The notes under the pieces are model-generated. The model worked only from the letters and a program-made list of their open reading frames with translations, had not been told where the DNA came from and did no database searches. Below are positions 62,301 through 64,000 of a DNA stretch of 64,000 nt, in pieces (the first letter of the stretch is position 1; every line of letters starts with the position of its first letter). A program made the translations under genes and the position numbers. Source of the stretch: Podarcis bocagei (Eukaryota); assembly GCA_964188305.1 (NCBI GenBank), contig OZ076885.1, one strand, 5' to 3'.

Positions 62301-63861
62301 ATTGTATTGTATTGTAAGATAAGAAAGCAATCAAACTCCAAATAAATCAGATGCTTCTTTGACTCCGAACAAGTACCCCAGGAATTGTTATTCTGTTGTG
62401 CAAAACAGAAGAGTCAGGTTGATAGTCCCCAAAGATATTTAAAGTGTTTTATATAGCATATAATTCCTCCACTGTATCACACATATAGTCAATCTATAAT
62501 GTATATTTTTAGAAGGCTCTAGCAGTTTTAACAGCATAAAACGAGGGGTGTAGAGTTACCGAGAACAGAAATTGTTTTTTTAAAAAGGAATCACAAATTC
62601 GCTTTCCTGTGTAGTTTTGTATTAGAATGCTACAACTACATGTACCTAGTTCTCTTTTTATGATATATTTGTGCACAGAACATGAGACAAAGCAACAATG
62701 CTCCTGGCAGAGCCTACCAACTAACTAAAGCTGATCCAACCATGCAGATATAAGAGCCGGGGAAGTAGTCACTTTCAAAACCACAAAGTAACTAGAACAT
62801 AGGGAACAACTACAAAACTGAGCTGATTACAGACATTATTGGTTCAACTTAAGGCACAAATGCAAACTGGGAACTTGGCCCACTAAGAGGTATATGACAT
62901 CCTAGGCTGGCTAAAATATGTAAGCACATAGTACATATCTTCTGCAACAGGTGTCAAGTTCTGGCACACTATCAGAAGTAAGGAAAGCAGTACCACTAGG
63001 TAGGGTGTGTGTGGAAAAGGACAGCATGGTATGATACATTCATGCCTGCAGTGACTATTCCTTTGCACTAACTCTGTGGCCTGTGTACAGCCTGCAAGTC
63101 CTCTCATGTGCCTTATGAAAAAACAGTGATTCTGTGTCTACTCCCTTTTTCTTGGAAAATAAGCACGCTTCATCAAACCACAGCAGAAAATGAACTGCAT
63201 CATCTAGATATGGTATTAAAAGGGACGTTTGCATCCCTTCATGTACCTCTGCACGCCTCGAGGGATCCCAAGCTTCTTGCCCAAGAGTCTCTCGCTGCAG
63301 CAGTCCACCAATTTCTTCAGGGTATACAGACATTCACGAAAAGTAGAGAAAAAGGGATAGTGACTAATGATGCAAAGTGAGGTCAGGGTGCTGTTACGAG
63401 AACGGTGGGTGCCTTTTGCAGAACGTTTACTACGAGGTGATCGAGTAACATCTGGCGCAGACTCTGTGCTCGGTGGTTGCAGAGAACCACCGCTCTCTGA
63501 ACTCTCATTACCCCTCTCTTCTTGGGTAGTGGATGTATCCCCAGACTTGGGTGCTTTCTGCCCATCTTGGGAACGATGTCTGCCACCGCCTTCTCCCTTC
63601 TCCTTGGGCACACGCTTTTGGAAAGAACGGTAGAAGTTGACGCATATCCCATAGCGAGTGAGACCAGAATCTTTATCAGTGAGTGTAAAGACAAAAGAAT
63701 TATCATCTCGCAGGCTCATCCGTTTCTGTCGCACACTTAAACATCCCTCTGGCTGGCAGAAGAACACTACATCAGGAGGAAGTGGAAAATCAGTGTGATC
63801 TTCTAATGGGTAGCAGCGCAGTAGTTCAGGTGTCTGTGCCACACTATCACTGCTTGGTTGC
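4119..63861 (-). CDS. MADD: MADD multi-exon CDS (5'-partial; start-codon exon outside window)
   Basis: Spliced translation matches MADD as I recall it, from [14 protein letters not shown] (uDENN) through DENN/dDENN, Ser-rich middle and death-domain region to the C-terminus PPRPVSS*. All 34 exons have AG/GT ends and compatible phases. Confidence 0.99.
6901..6947 (-). CDS. MADD: MADD exon (~ex35): [16 protein letters not shown]; alternative frame FLKLKKW*
   Basis: 47 nt, tag|...ATG|gtgagt. Confidence 0.96.
7080..7160 (-). mobile_element. CR1 3' tail fragment
   Basis: agaatcacagaattgtagagctggaagggacccc...tccaacccc. Confidence 0.75.
7593..8054. mobile_element. Tc1/mariner (Tigger-like) non-autonomous element
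   Basis: TA|CAGGCGTCC...GGACGCCTG|TA terminal inverted repeats. Confidence 0.75.
9158..9160 (-). other. Candidate 3-nt microexon (CAG) or recursive splice point
   Basis: ttgctgct...ttcattctccag|CAG|gtaaag. Confidence 0.35.
9396..9549. mobile_element. Palindromic Penelope-like retroelement remnant
   Basis: 60-bp arms with a 1-nt spacer; flanked by direct repeat ataaaaacaacca; family assignment from recall of squamate Penelope termini. Confidence 0.6.
12124..12148. repeat. (CT)n microsatellite
   Basis: Direct observation. Confidence 0.9.
12938..13007 (-). CDS. MADD: MADD 70-nt cassette exon (~ex34): [23 protein letters not shown]
   Basis: cag|...G|gtaatt; frameshifting if skipped. Confidence 0.96.
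13260..13268 (-). CDS. MADD: 9-nt alternative microexon (ERK)
   Basis: Perfect TACTAAC branch point (13306-13312), pyrimidine tract with UGC, aag|GAGCGGAAG|gtactc; I recall QERKVFIEL isoforms in mammalian MADD. Confidence 0.85.
14179..14437. mobile_element. Tc1/mariner-type MITE
   Basis: TIR CCGTATTTTTCGCTCTATAAGAC / GTCTTATAGAGCAAAAAATACGG, TA TSD, internal hairpin ~14268-14338. Confidence 0.9.
15072..15201. mobile_element. Small MITE (hAT-like TIR)
   Basis: CATGGGTGTAGCCAAGG / CCTGGCTACGCTCATG; TSD not clear. Confidence 0.6.
15921..16013. repeat. Compound (CT)n(CA)n microsatellite
   Basis: Direct observation. Confidence 0.95.
16014..16019 (-). CDS. MADD: Candidate 6-nt microexon (GW)
   Basis: ~130-nt AG-free U-rich tract with UGC motifs, tttag|GGCTGG|gtgtgt, phase 0-0. 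Confidence 0.35.
17163..17269 (-). CDS. MADD: MADD exon (~ex33): [36 protein letters not shown]
   Basis: 107 nt, cag|...CAG|gtagga. Confidence 0.97.
17596..17843. mobile_element. hAT-type MITE
   Basis: TIR CATGGGTAGGCAAAC / GTTTGCTGACCCCTG; perfect 8-bp TSD ctataatg. Confidence 0.88.
18572..18644 (-). CDS. MADD: MADD exon (~ex32): [24 protein letters not shown]
   Basis: 73 nt, tag|...G|gtaaga. Confidence 0.96.
19603..19939. mobile_element. Tigger/pogo-like MITE
   Basis: TIR CAGTGGTGCCCCGCAAGACGAA / TTCGTCTTGCGAGGCACCACTG, TA TSD, internal (taatagccgctaagcctt) repeats, CpG-rich. Confidence 0.9.
19996..20160 (-). CDS. MADD: MADD exon (~ex31): [24 protein letters not shown]...FYTKK
   Basis: 165 nt, cag|...AAG|gtacat. 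Confidence 0.97.
20247..20354 (-). CDS. MADD: MADD exon (~ex30): [20 protein letters not shown]...DIFFME
   Basis: 108 nt, tag|...GAG|gtagag; followed by an 86-nt intron. Confidence 0.96.
21632..21742 (-). CDS. MADD: MADD exon (~ex29): [20 protein letters not shown]...DKLANI
   Basis: 111 nt, tag|...ATA|gtaagt. Confidence 0.96.
22144..22249 (-). CDS. MADD: MADD exon (~ex28): [35 protein letters not shown]
   Basis: 106 nt, tag|...AAG|gtgcca; death-domain region. Confidence 0.97.
22889..23009 (-). CDS. MADD: MADD exon (~ex27): [21 protein letters not shown]...QEMIDR
   Basis: 121 nt, tag|...AG|gtaaat. Confidence 0.97.
23106..23162. repeat. Compound (CAC)n(CAT)n microsatellite
   Basis: Direct observation; intronic. 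Confidence 0.95.
23462..23524 (-). CDS. MADD: MADD 63-nt cassette exon (~ex26): [21 protein letters not shown]
   Basis: aag|...A|gtaata, phase 1-1, several upstream UGC motifs. Confidence 0.94.
24150..24231. mobile_element. Mariner-type MITE terminal fragment
   Basis: gtcgtcttatacatgggggcgtcttatacacagaaaaatatgg|ta resembles the right TIR of the 14179 family. Confidence 0.55.
24488..24596 (-). CDS. MADD: MADD exon (~ex25): GKSHSLKQ...RVYLYEGLL
   Basis: 109 nt, aag|...G|gtacgt. Confidence 0.95.
25080..25238 (-). CDS. MADD: MADD exon (~ex24): [17 protein letters not shown]...ATSTIF
   Basis: 159 nt, cag|...TTT|gtaaga. Confidence 0.96.
25962..26045 (-). CDS. MADD: MADD exon (~ex23): [24 protein letters not shown](VSTV)
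   Basis: 84 nt using GTG|gtaggg; alternative in-frame donor GAA|gttagc gives 72 nt (ends at 25974). Confidence 0.92.
26377..26477 (-). CDS. MADD: MADD exon (~ex22): [33 protein letters not shown]
   Basis: 101 nt, tag|...CAT|gtgagt. Confidence 0.95.
27224..27295 (-). CDS. MADD: Candidate 72-nt alternative exon encoding hydrophobic [23 protein letters not shown]
   Basis: Pyrimidine tract + cacag|...AGG|gtaaaa; phase 1-1; two downstream UGCAUG motifs; not homology-supported. Confidence 0.4.
28063..28418 (+). mobile_element. Full-length young Sauria SINE
   Basis: tRNA-like head (GGTGGCGCTGTGG A box, GGTTCGAATCC B box), core gcaagtagataaataggtaccgc, (ACCTTT)n tail, TSD ttatgaaaacact at 28050-28062 and 28417-28429, CpGs retained. 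Confidence 0.92.
29590..29829. mobile_element. Tigger/pogo-like MITE
   Basis: Degenerate TIR (t/c)agtgga..ggggttgcgaac / gttcttaacccgtggtaccactg, TA flanks, CpG-rich. Confidence 0.75.
30205..30690 (+). mobile_element. CR1 LINE 3' fragment
   Basis: Degenerate ORF2 end ([21 protein letters not shown]) and (ATTCTRTG)-type tail. Confidence 0.9.
31374..31427 (-). CDS. MADD: MADD 54-nt cassette exon (~ex21): [18 protein letters not shown]
   Basis: tag|...A|gtaaga, phase 1-1; similar to human ELWNKHQEVKKQKALEKQ as recalled. Confidence 0.93.
   Translation of the reverse strand, partial: NCGTSTTKCQSKKLWKN
32185..32325 (+). mobile_element. L2-like LINE 3' end with (ATT)n(ATC)n tail
   Basis: gaagccacccagagtggctggggaagcccagccggatgggcggggtataaataaa + microsatellite tail. 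Confidence 0.75.
33569..33775 (-). CDS. MADD: MADD exon (~ex20): [10 protein letters not shown]...EENFVASI
   Basis: 207 nt, aag|...G|gtgtgt. Confidence 0.95.
34175..34461 (+). mobile_element. 5'-truncated older Sauria SINE
   Basis: Shares core gcaagtagataaatagg...ggaaggtaaacgg with the 28063 copy; degenerate tail. Confidence 0.85.
35373..35523 (-). CDS. MADD: MADD exon (~ex19): [16 protein letters not shown]...THYYNK
   Basis: 151 nt, tag|...G|gtaaga. Confidence 0.96.
35930..37330 (+). mobile_element. Degraded L2-like LINE (boundaries approximate)
   Basis: RT remnants [15 protein letters not shown] (LLDLSAAFDTVDH-like) and [10 protein letters not shown] (YADD-like). Confidence 0.75.
36666..36925 (-). 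mobile_element. CR1 LINE 3' fragment nested in an L2-like LINE
   Basis: [31 protein letters not shown]...[10 protein letters not shown]; tail gattctatgattc. Confidence 0.92.
37401..37587 (-). CDS. MADD: MADD exon (~ex18): [21 protein letters not shown]...VVQDV
   Basis: 187 nt, tag|...GTG|gtcagt. Confidence 0.96.
38473..38575 (-). CDS. MADD: MADD exon (~ex17): [21 protein letters not shown]...SSNS
   Basis: 103 nt, cag|...AG|gtaaaa. Confidence 0.96.
39019..39078 (-). CDS. MADD: MADD 60-nt cassette exon (~ex16): [20 protein letters not shown]
   Basis: Matches the human IG20 exon 16 peptide as recalled (VFGLNTLMEIVTEAGP); cag|...G|gtgggt. Confidence 0.93.
40387..40425 (-). CDS. MADD: Candidate 39-nt alternative exon ([13 protein letters not shown])
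   Basis: Pyrimidine tract + aag|ATTAC...GAAG|gttggt; symmetric phase 1-1, open frame. Confidence 0.7.
41309..41410 (-). CDS. MADD: MADD exon (~ex15): [15 protein letters not shown]...PFPSLK
   Basis: 102 nt, tag|...G|gtaatc. Confidence 0.96.
42005..42215 (-). mobile_element. L2-like LINE 3' end (same family as 32185, opposite strand)
   Basis: Reverse complement matches 32191-32255 at roughly 90%. Confidence 0.75.
44040..46360 (+). mobile_element. Degraded L2-like LINE interrupted by nested DNA elements
   Basis: RT-like remnant (gccatcaatgtgct..gacactcagctc), resumes after ~45860, ends caccctgagctcc...(CAT)n tail. Confidence 0.65.
44782..45586. mobile_element. Longer non-autonomous Tc1/mariner element, same TIR family as 14179
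   Basis: TA-flanked CCGTATTTTTCGC...GCAAAAAATACGG; internal ~150-bp tandem duplication and 50-bp perfect inverted repeat. Confidence 0.9.
46874..47013 (-). CDS. MADD: MADD exon (~ex14): [12 protein letters not shown]...GFGGIMSFA
   Basis: 140 nt, tag|...A|gtatgt. Confidence 0.96.
47735..48015 (-). CDS. MADD: MADD exon (~ex13 long form): [11 protein letters not shown]...[12 protein letters not shown]...NGNR
   Basis: 281 nt, aag|...CG|gtgaga. Confidence 0.94.
49180..49373 (-). CDS. MADD: MADD exon (~ex12): [16 protein letters not shown]...TVIHGVNH
   Basis: 194 nt, cag|...CAT|gtgtgt. Confidence 0.93.
50947..51050 (-). CDS. MADD: MADD exon (~ex11): [34 protein letters not shown]
   Basis: 104 nt, tag|...A|gtgagt. 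Confidence 0.96.
51682..51838 (-). CDS. MADD: MADD exon (~ex10): [14 protein letters not shown]...EPTDDS
   Basis: 157 nt, cag|...AG|gttagt. Confidence 0.96.
52474..52709 (-). CDS. MADD: MADD exon (~ex9), dDENN: VAMVRFFNS...AFQRIHN
   Basis: 236 nt, tag|...A|gtaagt. Confidence 0.97.
53350..53480. repeat. Degenerate inverted repeat, ~60-bp arms (probable old MITE)
   Basis: cttttaagctctcagacctgct... / ...agcaagtctgagagcttaaaag. Confidence 0.7.
54233..54411 (-). CDS. MADD: MADD exon (~ex8): [13 protein letters not shown]...[10 protein letters not shown]
   Basis: 179 nt, cag|...CG|gtgagt. Confidence 0.96.
55583..55670 (+). mobile_element. Sauria SINE 3' fragment
   Basis: Near-identical to 34385-34460 (cccatagttgcctttgactggacttaact..ccaggggtccttta). 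Confidence 0.8.
55838..55894 (-). CDS. MADD: Candidate 57-nt alternative exon ([19 protein letters not shown])
   Basis: Long AG-free pyrimidine tract ending ctccag|, AAG|gtgtct donor, open frame, phase 0-0; resembles the start of the next exon ([13 protein letters not shown]). Confidence 0.75.
56601..56609 (-). CDS. MADD: Candidate 9-nt alternative microexon (YLK)
   Basis: Pyrimidine tract + tgcatgctgcatgcag|TATTTAAAG|gtaaag; phase 0-0 in a phase-0 intron. Confidence 0.6.
57922..58065. mobile_element. hAT-type MITE (144 bp)
   Basis: TIR CAGTGCTTTTTT / AAAAAAGCACTG; perfect 8-bp TSD gttaaggc. Confidence 0.88.
58079..58215. repeat. Inverted repeat, ~39-bp arms
   Basis: gctatttacaaatctgatccaaagcctttcttacttttct ... 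agaaaagtaagaaaggctttggatcaaattgtaaatagc. Confidence 0.85.
58896..58976 (-). CDS. MADD: MADD exon (~ex7): [27 protein letters not shown]
   Basis: 81 nt, cag|...CAG|gtatgt. Confidence 0.96.
59806..59919 (-). CDS. MADD: MADD exon (~ex6): [13 protein letters not shown]...VDLDTNK
   Basis: 114 nt, cag|...AAG|gtaggt; DENN core motif APTPYLIGV. Confidence 0.96.
60971..61102 (-). CDS. MADD: MADD exon (~ex5): [11 protein letters not shown]...MASAEQ
   Basis: 132 nt, cag|...CAG|gtatgc. Confidence 0.97.
61426..61729 (-). CDS. MADD: MADD exon (~ex4): [12 protein letters not shown]...CILLEHK
   Basis: 304 nt, cag|...AAG|gtgaga. Confidence 0.97.
62251..62316. repeat. (ATTGT)n pentanucleotide microsatellite
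   Basis: About 13 perfect units. Confidence 0.95.
63247..63861 (-). CDS. MADD: MADD exon (~human exon 3), uDENN: [14 protein letters not shown]...GIPRGVQR
   Basis: 615 nt, tag| acceptor, AG|gtacat donor, phase 2-2; overlaps ORF 63216..63842. Confidence 0.97.
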
Positions 63862-64000
63862 CTACAAGCAAAGCAAATGCAAAATTACTTGATACTGAAA
63901 CGCCACACTGGTTACACATTTGAACAGTGGAAATACGAGAGGGCCTATTTCTGTAAGTGGGAGCTGCAAGCACCATGACTCTGGGTTGCAATGTAATTAG

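Noticed and set aside
61706-62345. 203-aa and 126-aa ORFs ending in (YCIVL)n
   Set aside because: Ends are (ATTGT)n microsatellite translation; no homology signal.

Overview
Vertebrate genomic DNA, almost certainly a squamate reptile (Sauria SINEs plus CR1/L2 fragments; a lacertid origin is plausible but not shown). Nearly the whole window is one gene on the minus strand: MADD (MAP kinase-activating death domain protein; DENN/IG20, Rab3/Rab27 GEF). I mapped 34 coding exons by hand (equivalent to human exons 3-36, numbering from memory), all with GT-AG boundaries and consistent phases, from 63861 down to the stop at 4119. The start-codon exon lies beyond the right edge. The 3'UTR runs to a likely poly(A) site near 2660. 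Most ORFs in the supplied track are spurious or are exon read-throughs. Introns hold a Sauria SINE with its TSD, Tc1/mariner and hAT MITEs, CR1/L2 fragments, a Penelope-like palindrome and microsatellites. I see no prokaryote-style novel system. The most interesting signal is a dense set of candidate frame-preserving alternative exons and microexons (3, 6, 9, 9, 39, 57 and 72 nt) with UGC/UGCAUG/UG-repeat context, plus a few candidate poison microexons. These are sequence-based predictions and need RNA-seq confirmation.
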